DNA of 51,861 nt. Source: a virus (lineage: Duplodnaviria > Caudoviricetes). The notes beneath the pieces were generated by a model. That model worked only from the letters and a program-made list of their open reading frames with translations. It did no database searches and was not told the DNA's origin. Positions 28,637 to 38,730 of the stretch are shown here, in pieces (the stretch's first letter is position 1; each line of letters opens with the position of its first letter). Where the stretch lies: the IMG/VR virus record IMGVR_UViG_3300038560_000034, positions 1 to 51,861 of that record; one strand, written 5' to 3'. Position numbers and translations under genes: made by a program.

Positions 28637-29671
28637 ATGCCAGTTTCGGGTCTCGGTGGGTACGACCAAAATTCCGCGATATTAGCTGAATCCTTCGCGC
28701 CGTACGTTTCGGACGCCGTATTCATTGCGAACCGCGTCGTCAAGGTTATGTGGGATAACGCCCAGCGCCATGATGAAGGCCGGTTCCTCGCGCTGCCGAT
28801 TCTAACCTCACTCAACGACACCGCCGAAGTCTTCGGTCAATACGATACCCTCGCCAGTGGTCCGCAGTCGCTCTACAGCGTTGCGCAGATGCCCTGGTCC
28901 TGGTATCAGACCGCCGTCTCGCTCGACTACATCACCGTCAAACTCGTTCGCGGCCCGAATATGCGCGTGGACAACCTGACGACCCAGATCGAGACGGCCA
29001 TCGGCTCGGCCACGAACATTTTGGGGCAGGACACCTGCTCCGTGAACAAGGGCCGTAACGCCGGTCACGGTACAAACATCGTCGGCATCTACGAGGCTTG
29101 CGATGCAGGCGCCACCTTCGACGTCTACGCGAATATCGCGCGCCTGGGTTCCAATAGTTTTGCCGGCTGGCAAGGACAGGTCATTTCACTTGCCACCTCC
29201 GGGCTCGGCACGGCCACCAACGATGTCGCTCGTTCGCAGATCCTGCGCAACATGGGCGCCTGCGTCGTGGGTGATGCGGCTCCCACGCACATTATGGGCC
29301 ACCAGCAAGTCATCTCAGCCTTCATGTTCTCGATGGACTCGCAGGTCCGTCTGAGCCCTGGTGACGCGGCTAACCCGTACCTGGGCAATCCCCACGTTTT
29401 GGGCGCTCAGTGCATCGGCGACAACCACTTCGATACGATTGCCGGAACCGGAACGAACACCTCGGCCATCGGTTACAACTTCTTCTACGTCAACGCCAAC
29501 CACACGAAGTACCGCTACTTCGGCGAGAAGGGCTTTGACTTCGTACCGTGGATCGACACGCCGAACGTACTGGAGAAGACCTGTCGGTACGTCATCGGCC
29601 TTGCCTGCGCGAGCGACAATCCGCGGCTCAACGGATTTTACGGCGCAGTAAATGACCTGTTGTGTTTGTGA
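28637..29671 (+). CDS. Major capsid protein
   Basis: 344 aa after the scaffold; GQYDTL, WSWYQTAV, YANIAR..W, FYVNANH, NPRLNG patterns of HK97-fold MCPs. Confidence 0.88.
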   Translation: MPVSGLGGYDQNSAILAESFAPYVSDAVFIANRVVKVMWDNAQRHDEGRFLALPILTSLNDTAEVFGQYDTLASGPQSLYSVAQMPWSWYQTAVSLDYITVKLVRGPNMRVDNLTTQIETAIGSATNILGQDTCSVNKGRNAGHGTNIVGIYEACDAGATFDVYANIARLGSNSFAGWQGQVISLATSGLGTATNDVARSQILRNMGACVVGDAAPTHIMGHQQVISAFMFSMDSQVRLSPGDAANPYLGNPHVLGAQCIGDNHFDTIAGTGTNTSAIGYNFFYVNANHTKYRYFGEKGFDFVPWIDTPNVLEKTCRYVIGLACASDNPRLNGFYGAVNDLLCL

Positions 29672-29700
29672 CCTTGCTCACTAAAGGAAGCGTATAGACG

Positions 29701-30036
29701 ATGGCTCAGAAAGCCGAAAAGAAGCCGACCCCGATCAATACGACCCTCGACGGCAAGGTCGCGGCAACCGGCAATCACTATCCCGACGAGTTCTTCATCA
29801 ACCCGTGGAACGCAAAACTCGACGGGCAGTATCCAAACGAAAACGGCCATGCGCCCGAGGACCGCACCCTCTACAGTCCCTCCAAGACGATTGAGGGCAT
29901 GGGGGTTCTGTCGCTCAATAACAAGTCGGACTACGACTCGAATTGGGAGCACGGCGTGCGCGGCGGGATCGAAGAAAAGCCGCGTGGTCCGCGTGAGTCC
30001 ACGCGCTGGACGCCCAAGGGCGGGAAGGGCCGCTAA
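29701..30036 (+). CDS. Hypothetical virion-region protein
   Basis: AAAGGA RBS; follows MCP. Confidence 0.65.
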   Translation: MAQKAEKKPTPINTTLDGKVAATGNHYPDEFFINPWNAKLDGQYPNENGHAPEDRTLYSPSKTIEGMGVLSLNNKSDYDSNWEHGVRGGIEEKPRGPRESTRWTPKGGKGR

Positions 30037-30719
30037 TGCCACTTCATCGGCTGTATAATCTCAGCTCGACCGGCTCAATGAACCCGTCCTACCTGACGGG
30101 TATCTTGCCGGGCGGTGCGGGCACCGTTGTTGCAGGCGTGACGACCAACCCTGGTATTTCGGCTCCTCGTCTTGAGGAATCGACCATCGAAGTTCTGGAC
30201 GTTACGGCCCCAACGACGCTCTCGGCAGTCACAAACGCCGTCACCTACCCGACGCCTGCACCTGCGGGCAAACTGCTCGTTATGGATTGGACCTCGGCAA
30301 TCGGAGGCTCGCGTTGGAAGCTCTCCAACGTCAACATGCAGCCGATCGCACGCGGTCAGTACGGTATCGTTGTTGCGGCGGGTGCTGTGCAGAACGTCTC
30401 GCAGAACGATGCGGGTCCTGCGATCACGACCAACCCGAGCGGCACAACGAACATCAACGAGGCGCAGTTCGGAACGAAGGCCGTCGTCATGTACGATGGT
30501 CCGGTGCTTGCCTTCTGTACGACCCTTTCGGGCCAAGCCATCTCAGCGGGTTCGCCGCTGGGCGCAGACGGCGGCGGAAATCTCATGCTCGTCTCGACGC
30601 CATCGTTTGCGACCCCGGGCGTTGCGGCACCAGGCCAGGTTCTCGCAAGGGCGCTCGGTCCGCTTGCAGCAAGTATTAGCACGCCGACCTTGATCCCGAT
30701 ATATGTCGGCGGATATTAA
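30036..30719 (+). CDS. Putative capsid decoration/cement protein
   Basis: G/T/A-rich beta protein; ISAGSPLGADGGG...VLARAL; near MCP. Confidence 0.55.
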   Translation: MPLHRLYNLSSTGSMNPSYLTGILPGGAGTVVAGVTTNPGISAPRLEESTIEVLDVTAPTTLSAVTNAVTYPTPAPAGKLLVMDWTSAIGGSRWKLSNVNMQPIARGQYGIVVAAGAVQNVSQNDAGPAITTNPSGTTNINEAQFGTKAVVMYDGPVLAFCTTLSGQAISAGSPLGADGGGNLMLVSTPSFATPGVAAPGQVLARALGPLAASISTPTLIPIYVGGY

Positions 30720-30753
30720 TTCTTTAGTTGATAGACTGTAAGGAGTTTGCTTA

Positions 30754-31518
30754 GTGGCAATCGACACGCCGAAGGTCATCCCAACCCAGCCGAAATCAGC
30801 CGCAGCGAAAGCCGCGGCTCTTGGCACCTGGCTCGACCTACAGAATCAGCCCCTCGGGACGGGCCGTGGCGAGAACTTCGCCGTGCCGTCGAACTACGCC
30901 ATTCCTCCGGCGCGCATCTACGTCGTCAACCACTCTCGGACGCGCGAACGCAAAGAGATCAAGGTTGCCGTCTCGGCGCGACGGGGCGCAGAAGAGGCGC
31001 TGATCTACGACAAGGAGCTTGCCAAGATTTACAATGTCGATACGCTCACGCGGCGGATCGAACAAGGCCAAGACATGAACCGCTACGAGAAGGTGATCCA
31101 TCCGGTCATCTTCACGTTCAAGGTCGGTTCGCCCACGGGTCAAGGGAAGCCGATCGTCTACGCGATTCCGCCGGCACGCGATGAGAATAGTCCGCCTCCG
31201 CGGGTTGAAGTTGTGGAAGGCGCCTGGGACCTCTTCATGGGCAATTACGCCCGGATGCGCGGCTATGATAAGTTCGCCGACATCGGCGTGAAGCAGCCCG
31301 ACTCGACCATCATGGGCGAGGAGCGCACCCGCCATGCGATTCGCTGGCAGGGGCGTCACAACCCGACGCTTCGGTTTACGGACGACGGCGAAACGACTGA
31401 GATTGCGGGTCCGGATACGGAGTATGCGTATCTCGAATTCATTCGTGAGCCGCAGAAGCCGGTCACGGAAACCATCGACAAAGAGTTCCTCTCGGCGCTC
31501 GATCTCTCGGAAGTGTAA
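30754..31518 (+). CDS. Hypothetical protein
   Basis: AAGGAG RBS; 254 aa. Confidence 0.75.
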   Translation: MAIDTPKVIPTQPKSAAAKAAALGTWLDLQNQPLGTGRGENFAVPSNYAIPPARIYVVNHSRTRERKEIKVAVSARRGAEEALIYDKELAKIYNVDTLTRRIEQGQDMNRYEKVIHPVIFTFKVGSPTGQGKPIVYAIPPARDENSPPPRVEVVEGAWDLFMGNYARMRGYDKFADIGVKQPDSTIMGEERTRHAIRWQGRHNPTLRFTDDGETTEIAGPDTEYAYLEFIREPQKPVTETIDKEFLSALDLSEV

Positions 31519-31799
31519 TGCGCTACGCAGAGATGCTATCGCTTGTCGGCGAGCCTGAAGAGAGGGTTCTTGGGTCGGTGCAGTTTGCCGATCCGAGCAC
31601 AACGGCAATGCTCAAGGTCAATGAAGGCTTCATCGGTCCGACGTCGAGCAATACGGGCCCGCGCACGGCTCCGACGAATATTCGGCCAATTACAGGCCGT
31701 GAGGTGCCGTGGGAAGACCGCACGGGCGCGTACACGCAAGATACCTGGGCTGCGATGAATACAAAGCGCGGCACCGTTGCACCGGAGGACCCTGACTAA
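31518..31799 (+). CDS. Hypothetical protein
   Basis: TAATG coupled. Confidence 0.6.
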   Translation: MRYAEMLSLVGEPEERVLGSVQFADPSTTAMLKVNEGFIGPTSSNTGPRTAPTNIRPITGREVPWEDRTGAYTQDTWAAMNTKRGTVAPEDPD

Positions 31800-32095
31800 T
31801 GGCATCGAGCACCGTCAACGTACCGAATCCCGTGAGCTTACCAACGAGCAACCAGTTAGCGCAGATCGCCGACAACATTTGCAACGTGCTATCGACGGGG
31901 TCGCAAAAGGGCAATTACATCGACCTGTACGACTCCGTGCAGGACTTGGCAACGGCTATTCGGTGTCTCGCTCAAGCAGTTTTGACGATTAATAATTCCA
32001 CGGCGTCATCGGTTGGGACCGTGCAGACGCGCGGGGCGTATGCCCTTGGCCCAGCGGCAACGGTTCCATCAAACCTCAATACGGCGGCTGTGTGA
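31799..32095 (+). CDS. Hypothetical virion protein
   Basis: TAATG coupled. Confidence 0.6.
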   Translation: MASSTVNVPNPVSLPTSNQLAQIADNICNVLSTGSQKGNYIDLYDSVQDLATAIRCLAQAVLTINNSTASSVGTVQTRGAYALGPAATVPSNLNTAAV

Positions 32096-32130
32096 AGAAG
32101 GCTCTCAAGCGAACGCGTAAGGGGTAGCGC

Positions 32131-32442
32131 ATGGCGAGCACCGTTGTTGACGCGGCCTATAGCATCCTCGTTGTAAACACCACGAACCCGACACCAGCAG
32201 CGAGCGCGAAGTATCTTCTTGCGGTTGTGAATCTCGATAAGGCCGCGCAGACGGCGACGATTGCGGTGGTGGATAATACGGGAGGTTCAGTTGCCGGCGT
32301 ACCGCAAATTGCGGCGCTTGGCGCCTCGCAAGTCATTTCCTATCCAGCCCCCGGCTTGCCGGTAAATGGGCTTTCCGCAACGGCTTCGGGGGCCTTGACG
32401 GGCCCTGGCGTTGCATTTCTTTATCGGACGAACACTGGATGA
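32131..32442 (+). CDS. Hypothetical virion protein (beta-rich)
   Basis: A/V/T/G-rich; structural operon. Confidence 0.65.
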   Translation: MASTVVDAAYSILVVNTTNPTPAASAKYLLAVVNLDKAAQTATIAVVDNTGGSVAGVPQIAALGASQVISYPAPGLPVNGLSATASGALTGPGVAFLYRTNTG

Positions 32443-32852
32443 GAAGGCGTCTGCAACGGCTCCTTCTTGCTCTTGTGCTCGCGTCGTGTGCGACGCCGGT
32501 CTATGCGCAGGCAGTCGGCAACGGTTCGGCCTTAGCCCCGACAACGGTCGTGAACTCTGGGGGCAGTGGAGGAACGACTCTAAGCGCCCCACATTTCGAA
32601 GTCGGGCAAGTCACGAACGCGAGTCTTTCCTGTACGTTGCTCGCATTGTGCCTGTTAAGCACGGTCACGTTTAAGTCTTCCTATACGAGTGCGCCGTATT
32701 GTGTCGTGACGCCGGTTGCGGGCGGCATTGCGGTTTCCTGGACACCGACTATTTCGAGCATCGGAACGAGTGGATTCACGATTAATGCCGTTGCGGCAGT
32801 CGCCCTCGTATCGCAGAGCGTAACGGGCCACTATGTGTGTGTGGGGCAATGA
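32439..32852 (+). CDS. Signal-peptide-bearing beta protein with tail-fibre-tip-like C-terminus
   Basis: MRRRLQRLLLALVLASC; VTFKSSYTSAPYCVVT...TSGFTI. Confidence 0.6.
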   Translation: MRRRLQRLLLALVLASCATPVYAQAVGNGSALAPTTVVNSGGSGGTTLSAPHFEVGQVTNASLSCTLLALCLLSTVTFKSSYTSAPYCVVTPVAGGIAVSWTPTISSIGTSGFTINAVAAVALVSQSVTGHYVCVGQ

Positions 32853-32855
32853 GCG

Positions 32856-33047
32856 ATGCCATTAACGCCAGGCGCCGATGTTGGCGACTCGATTCGCGAA
32901 TTGCACTCGGGCACGACATACCGTAAGACCAAGAAGAAGTTCGGTAAGAAGCGCGCTCAAAAGCAATCCATCGCAATCGCGCTCAAGAACCGGCGCGAGG
33001 GCAAACGCAAGATGAAGCGCACGCGCAAAGGCTCCCGTAAGCGATAA
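32856..33047 (+). CDS. Small basic protein (DUF6496-like)
   Basis: MPL...IRELHSG...KQSIAIAL; K/R-rich. Confidence 0.65.
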   Translation: MPLTPGADVGDSIRELHSGTTYRKTKKKFGKKRAQKQSIAIALKNRREGKRKMKRTRKGSRKR

Positions 33048-34177
33048 TGGCGATCGGAACGACGCCCCAAGGGTACACCGCAGCGGCTGCTATTTCGCAA
33101 ATACAAAATTACTGCAATGAGTACACCTATCCGGCGACCTCAGTCATCCTCGGCTTCCTGAATAAAGGCCTTGAGGAGGTCGTTCGGATGGTGGGCGGCA
33201 TCAAACTCTACGGTGCCTATCCAACCGTTCAGAACCAAACGACGGTCCAACTCAATGACGACGTGCAAGACATCGAGTCGGCCAATTTTTCATACGGCTC
33301 GAATAGCACGAACAATACGGGCTCGGCTTCGCCGTTTACGGTCGGCGCGATGGTCAATCCCATCGAGCAACTCGATCAGAAGAGCTTCATGGAAGCGGCG
33401 GCGGGCTTCCCGAACGTCGGCTTTGGTCCGCCGCGTATCTTCTTCATCTATTCCGACTACGGCACGGCACCGACGCAGACACTGCCCGCTCCACCGCAAT
33501 CGGTCATGTCGCAGATCGCCGGGACCGCAACGAGCGGCACGGTGGAAGCCTGCGTTACCTACGTCAACCCGAACGGCGAAACGACGGTTGGCCCGGTATC
33601 GGATCAGGCTATCACGGCGACCGAACAGGCGCAGATGCAAAGCCCGCCCGCGAATCAGAACGCGAACGGCTACAACATCTATGCGGGCGCAGTCGGTGGC
33701 CCGTATTACAAGCAGAATAGCGCTCCAATCGCTCTAGGGACACCATTCACCATCCCCTACCCGCTCTTGGCCGTCACGGCCGTCCCCGGCTCAAATACGG
33801 CAACGGGCGCAGGAACGGGCGGATCCCTCTACATGCAGTTGTACCCGAACGCGATGGTGGGTCAGATCAATATCTACTACCGCGCGCGGCCCTTGCTCTA
33901 CGCCGATACGAGCGCAACCTCGTGGACGAATCTCGATACGTCGGTGCAAGAGGCGGCGGTTGTGTGGGCAACGATTCGCGTGCTCGTCAATCGGCAGCGC
34001 GCGGATGAAGCACGCGCCATCTGGCTTCCCATGCTCATGGGCCCCAAACTCGACGGCGACGGCGGCATGATCGGCGACCTCAAGGAATCAGTCAATCGCC
34101 GCACCGTCGCGAAATCAGGGCAGGTGAGGGATGTGCGTTCCGGTTATGGAGCGGTACCTTTTTGGTATGGGCGCTAG
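33047..34177 (+). CDS. Head-tail adaptor (tail tubular protein A-like) with inserted beta domain
   Basis: Helical N-terminus (ILGFLNKGLEEV), QLYP...IYYRARP, helical C-terminus; position before the nozzle. Confidence 0.65.
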   Translation: MAIGTTPQGYTAAAAISQIQNYCNEYTYPATSVILGFLNKGLEEVVRMVGGIKLYGAYPTVQNQTTVQLNDDVQDIESANFSYGSNSTNNTGSASPFTVGAMVNPIEQLDQKSFMEAAAGFPNVGFGPPRIFFIYSDYGTAPTQTLPAPPQSVMSQIAGTATSGTVEACVTYVNPNGETTVGPVSDQAITATEQAQMQSPPANQNANGYNIYAGAVGGPYYKQNSAPIALGTPFTIPYPLLAVTAVPGSNTATGAGTGGSLYMQLYPNAMVGQINIYYRARPLLYADTSATSWTNLDTSVQEAAVVWATIRVLVNRQRADEARAIWLPMLMGPKLDGDGGMIGDLKESVNRRTVAKSGQVRDVRSGYGAVPFWYGR

Positions 34178-34435
34178 ATGACAGACCGCGAGATACTGCT
34201 CACCTGGAAGGGCGGCTCACCGCTTCGCATTGCGCGCGAGGAGCGCATCTACCTCATTGCCGATCGCATGACTGGCAACGGGGGCGCCGTGCGATGCGTG
34301 CGCGACGTGGCGCTCGATGCGGATAACGAAACAATCCTCCTTGCGCTGCGGGACCTCGCGGACGACCTCCTCATAGCCGAGGTGCAATTCCCACAACATC
34401 TCGTGAAGCTCGGCAATCTCTCGCATGGCGTTTAG
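34178..34435 (+). CDS. Hypothetical protein
   Basis: Fills the gap; coupled. Confidence 0.55.
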   Translation: MTDREILLTWKGGSPLRIAREERIYLIADRMTGNGGAVRCVRDVALDADNETILLALRDLADDLLIAEVQFPQHLVKLGNLSHGV

Positions 34436-36092
34436 TAAACTTGGTAAGACGCCTCGCGGGTCGCTCGACCCCGAGGACTTTGCCTTCTACGGATTCGGCG
34501 GAGGCTTGAACGTCAAGAGCGCGCCACAGCTTTTGCGCGACGATGAACTGACCATCGGTTACAACGTCTATCTGCGGCCTGACGGAGCCGTTCAACTTCG
34601 CAATGGTATGAATGCCTACGGCAACGCTATCGCCGGGACGAATCAACTCATTCTCGCGCGCTTCTACCAGGACGTCCGGAACGGAAGCGTCGTCACTCCA
34701 GAAACCGTTGCTCTCTTGGGCCAATTCGGCAACAACCTTTACTCCATTCCATCCTCCGGCTCCCCGACGCTCATTGGCTCGATTTACAACGGCTCAACAC
34801 CGAACGCCGTGCCAATGACGTGGGTGCGCATTCAGAACCCGAACGACCCAAACTTTGCATCCGGACTTACCGACTGCATGGTCATCTGCACGGGGAGTGG
34901 CGGCCCGTACGTCTACGACGGCACGCACCTCTACACGCCCGCCGGTTGGGCGTCGGCATCCGGAGCGCAATACTGCGCGATCGTCAATGGCATCCTGTGG
35001 TTCGGGGGCATTCCGGCGTTCCCAAATCAGATCTTCGGCTCGGGCGACGGCATCATTCAAAGCATGGAGACATTGCCGGCCATCCGTAACTTCGTGCTTT
35101 CCTCGCCCGTCTTTGGGCTCTGCGCGCAAGGTTCCGGCGCAACGGCGACCCTCATCATCGGCGTCAACAACGGCATCTCCGTGCTGTACGGAACAGGCCC
35201 CTCGACGTTCTACAAACAGGACATTCCGTTCAGTGGCGGCGTCGTCTCGGGCCGCTCGATGTGCGTTGACCAGGGCGTTGTCTACTTCATGGGCCACGAT
35301 GCCATGTATAGCTTCGATGGACAAACAATCCCACAGCAGATTTCAATTAAGGTCGAGCCGTGGATTCTGAACGACCCGATCATCGGCGCGCAAGCGAACC
35401 AATATCCGCTGACCAATAACGGCCCGACGACGTGGGCGCAGATCACCAACAACAAACTCCTCGTTGGGTACTGCTCGAACTCATCGGTCCCAAATACGAT
35501 TCTGTGCTACGACCTCACCGTGCATGGCTGGACGGTCTTGCAGACGTCGCCGGGACTATCGAGCCTCACGCCGCTCGATGCACCAAGCGACGCAAACCCA
35601 AACGTCCTCATTGCTGGAAGCGCAACGACCGGACAGGCGTACACCTGGGATTACGTCGCTCCCTTTACGAGCACGGTGGAAACGGCGACGGACAACGGGA
35701 CGGCGGTCCTTGGGGCCGCTCAGAGTAAGTTCTTCAAGATCGGGGAGCCCGGCACGAACAAAATGCTGTTGCGCTTCTATCCGGAGTTCTTGGTGAGTGC
35801 GACACCCTTCGCCATTCCGTTTACGATGAGCACGGACTACGGTAACACGATGATTTCGACGATCATTGAGAATGCAAGCGTCGCCACTGGCGTTCTTATT
35901 TGGGATCAAGGATTGTGGGATGTTGGACTCTGGGGAGCTATTGCGTTTTCTTCGTTCAACTTCCCAGCTTCGCGCATTGACTACAACGCAACCGCTGAGG
36001 CAATCGCTTTTGGGTTCTCGATGAACACGGCGCTTGCGCCCTTTATCTGGACGGGCGGATCAGGCTCCTTCGCGCAGAAAGGTCGAACGTAG
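34425..36092 (+). CDS. Tail nozzle / DNA stabilisation protein (P22 gp10 / T7 gp12-like)
   Basis: FGGGLN...NV.LRPDGAVQLRNG N-terminus; beta-propeller-like; SKFFKIGEPGTNKML. Confidence 0.8.
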   Translation: MAFSKLGKTPRGSLDPEDFAFYGFGGGLNVKSAPQLLRDDELTIGYNVYLRPDGAVQLRNGMNAYGNAIAGTNQLILARFYQDVRNGSVVTPETVALLGQFGNNLYSIPSSGSPTLIGSIYNGSTPNAVPMTWVRIQNPNDPNFASGLTDCMVICTGSGGPYVYDGTHLYTPAGWASASGAQYCAIVNGILWFGGIPAFPNQIFGSGDGIIQSMETLPAIRNFVLSSPVFGLCAQGSGATATLIIGVNNGISVLYGTGPSTFYKQDIPFSGGVVSGRSMCVDQGVVYFMGHDAMYSFDGQTIPQQISIKVEPWILNDPIIGAQANQYPLTNNGPTTWAQITNNKLLVGYCSNSSVPNTILCYDLTVHGWTVLQTSPGLSSLTPLDAPSDANPNVLIAGSATTGQAYTWDYVAPFTSTVETATDNGTAVLGAAQSKFFKIGEPGTNKMLLRFYPEFLVSATPFAIPFTMSTDYGNTMISTIIENASVATGVLIWDQGLWDVGLWGAIAFSSFNFPASRIDYNATAEAIAFGFSMNTALAPFIWTGGSGSFAQKGRT

Positions 36093-36093
36093 C

Positions 36094-37314
36094 ATGAGTG
36101 ATCTCGTAATTCAATATTCGTTTAGTCCCAACACAACTGCGCTCAGCGGCCAAGTCGATACGAATTTCCAAGACGTGGTTACGTGGGCGAACGGCAATAT
36201 CGACGGCGCGACCAATATCTCGTTTGTCTACGCTTCGAATGTTATCCCAACGACGGGGGCGCAGGCGACCTTCGGGGGCACAACGGCTGGCGTCGGCTAC
36301 AAGTTCCTCGCCGGTTCAACAACCTCGGTGCCGCTCACGATCAGCGGCGTCTCGTCTATCTCCGTTGACCTCCTCGACGTCACGCTCACGTCGGGCGGCA
36401 CAAATGTTTTCAAGATTGCTTCGACGGGCGCAGCGACGATCACGGGCGGCGGGGCGACGGTTGTCCCACTGACGATCACGTCGGCGGCATCAGCTTCGGT
36501 TCAGGGCCTCATCGTCAACATGGGCAGCTCGCAGTCTGCGGCCGGTATCACCGTAAATGGCGCTTCTGGGATCACGGGGCATCTCATCGAAGCGTATCTG
36601 ACGAGCGGCGGAACGCTCGCGTGGTATCTCGATAGCGGCGGCGTGATGAACTTCGTGAAAGGACTCACGCCTGCATCGAGCACGCAGCCGCAAATTTACG
36701 GGGACAATGGCTCAACCGTTGGTATTATCCTAAATATCCCAGTGTCATCGAGCAACGGCGTTCGCGTCCTAACCGGCGGATCGGCTCAAGTACTTCAGGT
36801 TCAGGCAAATGGAGCAGTAACGTCGGGAACGTCCGGAACTATCTCGTCAGGGCAATTTAATTGGGGAACGAGTGCTGGCAATGGACTGACACAGATTGGA
36901 AGTAGCTCAAGCGCCGTGCAAACCATCGTCGGAAGCAGCCTCTATCTTTTCAATAATAACGGCACTGCGTTCGCCGCTGTGGACGGTTCTGGGAATCTCG
37001 GCATCGCTGGGACGCTGCATCAGGCGTCGGCGCGCTCGATGAAGAAAAATATCGAGTCGTTTTCGGGAGATGCGCTGCGCGACGTGCTCGCGGTTAAGGC
37101 TTATCGCTACCACTTCAAGCATGAGGAAGATGACGTGGAGAAACACGTTGGCTTTATTTCCGACGAAGCGCCACGTTCGTTGTACCGACAAGGAAAGGGG
37201 CCTAACGACATAGCCGTAGACCCCTACTGGTTGTCGGTTGTTAATATGGTCGCGATCCAGCAGCTTCATGCGAAACTCGATGCCATCTTAGAAGGCAAAC
37301 TGTCCGCTTCCTGA
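36094..37314 (+). CDS. Tail fibre/spike with C-terminal peptidase S74 intramolecular chaperone
   Basis: SGQVDTNF N-terminus; G/S/T-rich body; SARSMKKNI...HVGFISDE...AIQQL. Confidence 0.85.
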   Translation: MSDLVIQYSFSPNTTALSGQVDTNFQDVVTWANGNIDGATNISFVYASNVIPTTGAQATFGGTTAGVGYKFLAGSTTSVPLTISGVSSISVDLLDVTLTSGGTNVFKIASTGAATITGGGATVVPLTITSAASASVQGLIVNMGSSQSAAGITVNGASGITGHLIEAYLTSGGTLAWYLDSGGVMNFVKGLTPASSTQPQIYGDNGSTVGIILNIPVSSSNGVRVLTGGSAQVLQVQANGAVTSGTSGTISSGQFNWGTSAGNGLTQIGSSSSAVQTIVGSSLYLFNNNGTAFAAVDGSGNLGIAGTLHQASARSMKKNIESFSGDALRDVLAVKAYRYHFKHEEDDVEKHVGFISDEAPRSLYRQGKGPNDIAVDPYWLSVVNMVAIQQLHAKLDAILEGKLSAS

Positions 37315-38232
37315 CGGAGAATCGTGGAGCGATATACCGCTGATGTTCGGAACGAGTGAGGTTCCGTCGTTGACGAGTGGCATGACCTTCGCGTAACCGC
37401 CGTCAAAGAGCTTAATGATCCAGATCGAGCCAGGCACGAGGGCTGACGCCTGAATCTGCGTTCCTGCGGCGGCGCTCTCGGTTTGGTTCGCGACCGTTGT
37501 AAAGGCCGTCGCTACGTTCCCGTAAGTGTCCGCGACAGGGCTTGCAATCTGAACTCCACCGTCCGTGATTGTCACGGATTGCGTATTGCAGTTCAGGGTC
37601 ATATCTGTGAACGAGCCTTCTGGGACGACACTGACCGGGTTGTATCCCCATTGTGCGTTCGCGGACGGAGCGCATGAGAAGTACCACTCGTCGTAGATAT
37701 AAATTGGAATCGTCCCGCTCGTTCCATCTCCAAAGTGTACGACGAGTCCCGTTGTACCTCGCGAGTTTATATTGAGTTGAATCACCCAATCGAAGTATGT
37801 CGCGGCAAACTCGTTGCTATTGTCTTGCCCCGTGCTGGCTACGGATATGGGGCCGCTAACAGCGTTCGCCGGGACCGCGCTCATGGTTGATTCCGGCACA
37901 GGCATATTCTGCGCGTTCGCAGCCCACGCATAGACTTCGGTCAGAATGCTTCCGAAGTATGGCGACGTTGCGCCGACGACTGTAGGGATGCCGCCGTTGC
38001 CAAGATTGACGGAGCCACCGCTCTTGGGAGAGCGTCGGGACTTACCTTGCGTCCCACTAAAGACGGTCGCAGGTGCGCCCGCGAGATGATTCATTCCCTG
38101 TGGCGCTGCCGTCGTGCTCGACGGCGCTGGGGTTGGTGTCGTGCTGACGTGCAGGCTCGATGACCCGCCTCCTCCGCAAGCCGTGAGGGATAATGCCGCC
38201 ACGATGACGGCGAGAGAGAACGTGAATCGCAT
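37288..38232 (-). CDS. Lipoprotein
   Basis: Lipobox LTAC followed by GGGGSS and a TPTPAP linker; 27-bp convergent overlap with the tail fibre. Confidence 0.8.
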   Translation of the reverse strand: MRFTFSLAVIVAALSLTACGGGGSSSLHVSTTPTPAPSSTTAAPQGMNHLAGAPATVFSGTQGKSRRSPKSGGSVNLGNGGIPTVVGATSPYFGSILTEVYAWAANAQNMPVPESTMSAVPANAVSGPISVASTGQDNSNEFAATYFDWVIQLNINSRGTTGLVVHFGDGTSGTIPIYIYDEWYFSCAPSANAQWGYNPVSVVPEGSFTDMTLNCNTQSVTITDGGVQIASPVADTYGNVATAFTTVANQTESAAAGTQIQASALVPGSIWIIKLFDGGYAKVMPLVNDGTSLVPNISGISLHDSPSGSGQFAF

Positions 38233-38233
38233 C

Positions 38234-38494
38234 TTATGACTCGTCTTTCTCGGCCAACTCAGGCCAAAGTTTGTGCATTTCTTCGCGAGTAACCGTGAAG
38301 GTCTGAATCGCTCCGTCGTGATCTTGAATGCCGCGACCGCACCGTTTGCACGTATTCTCCGAATCGCTGGGCTCAAATAGACGGCACATGTCTGGAAGCA
38401 TTGGCAAGAGATGCGCGTAAGGGATGACTTGTATCTCTGAGACGTGCGCCTCGTAGCTCGGGTCCCACGTCACCTTCTCTTTATCTGTGCTCAT
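38234..38494 (-). CDS. Hypothetical protein (Cys/His zinc-binding motif)
   Basis: C..F......CKRCG....H; ATGA coupled. Confidence 0.6.
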   Translation of the reverse strand: MSTDKEKVTWDPSYEAHVSEIQVIPYAHLLPMLPDMCRLFEPSDSENTCKRCGRGIQDHDGAIQTFTVTREEMHKLWPELAEKDES

Positions 38495-38730
38495 CGGTGC
38501 CACAGCCATCGGCAGACATTGACGGCAACGAGCAACCCACCGAGCGTCACTGTGACGTAAGCCAAGAAGTAGCCGGTCCATTCGAACGCTGTGTCTTTGC
38601 GCTCAACGTCCTGGAATTGCGGCCAATGCTCGCGTGGGCCGGGATCGCGGCGAATCCATGACGGGTCTGAGAAGATGCCGTTGAGATTGTCGCGCTTAAT
38701 ACTTGCGCGCATACGATCGGTGCGTTTCAT
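38491..38730 (-). CDS. Small membrane protein
   Basis: C-terminal TM; coupled. Confidence 0.6.
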   Translation of the reverse strand: MKRTDRMRASIKRDNLNGIFSDPSWIRRDPGPREHWPQFQDVERKDTAFEWTGYFLAYVTVTLGGLLVAVNVCRWLWHR

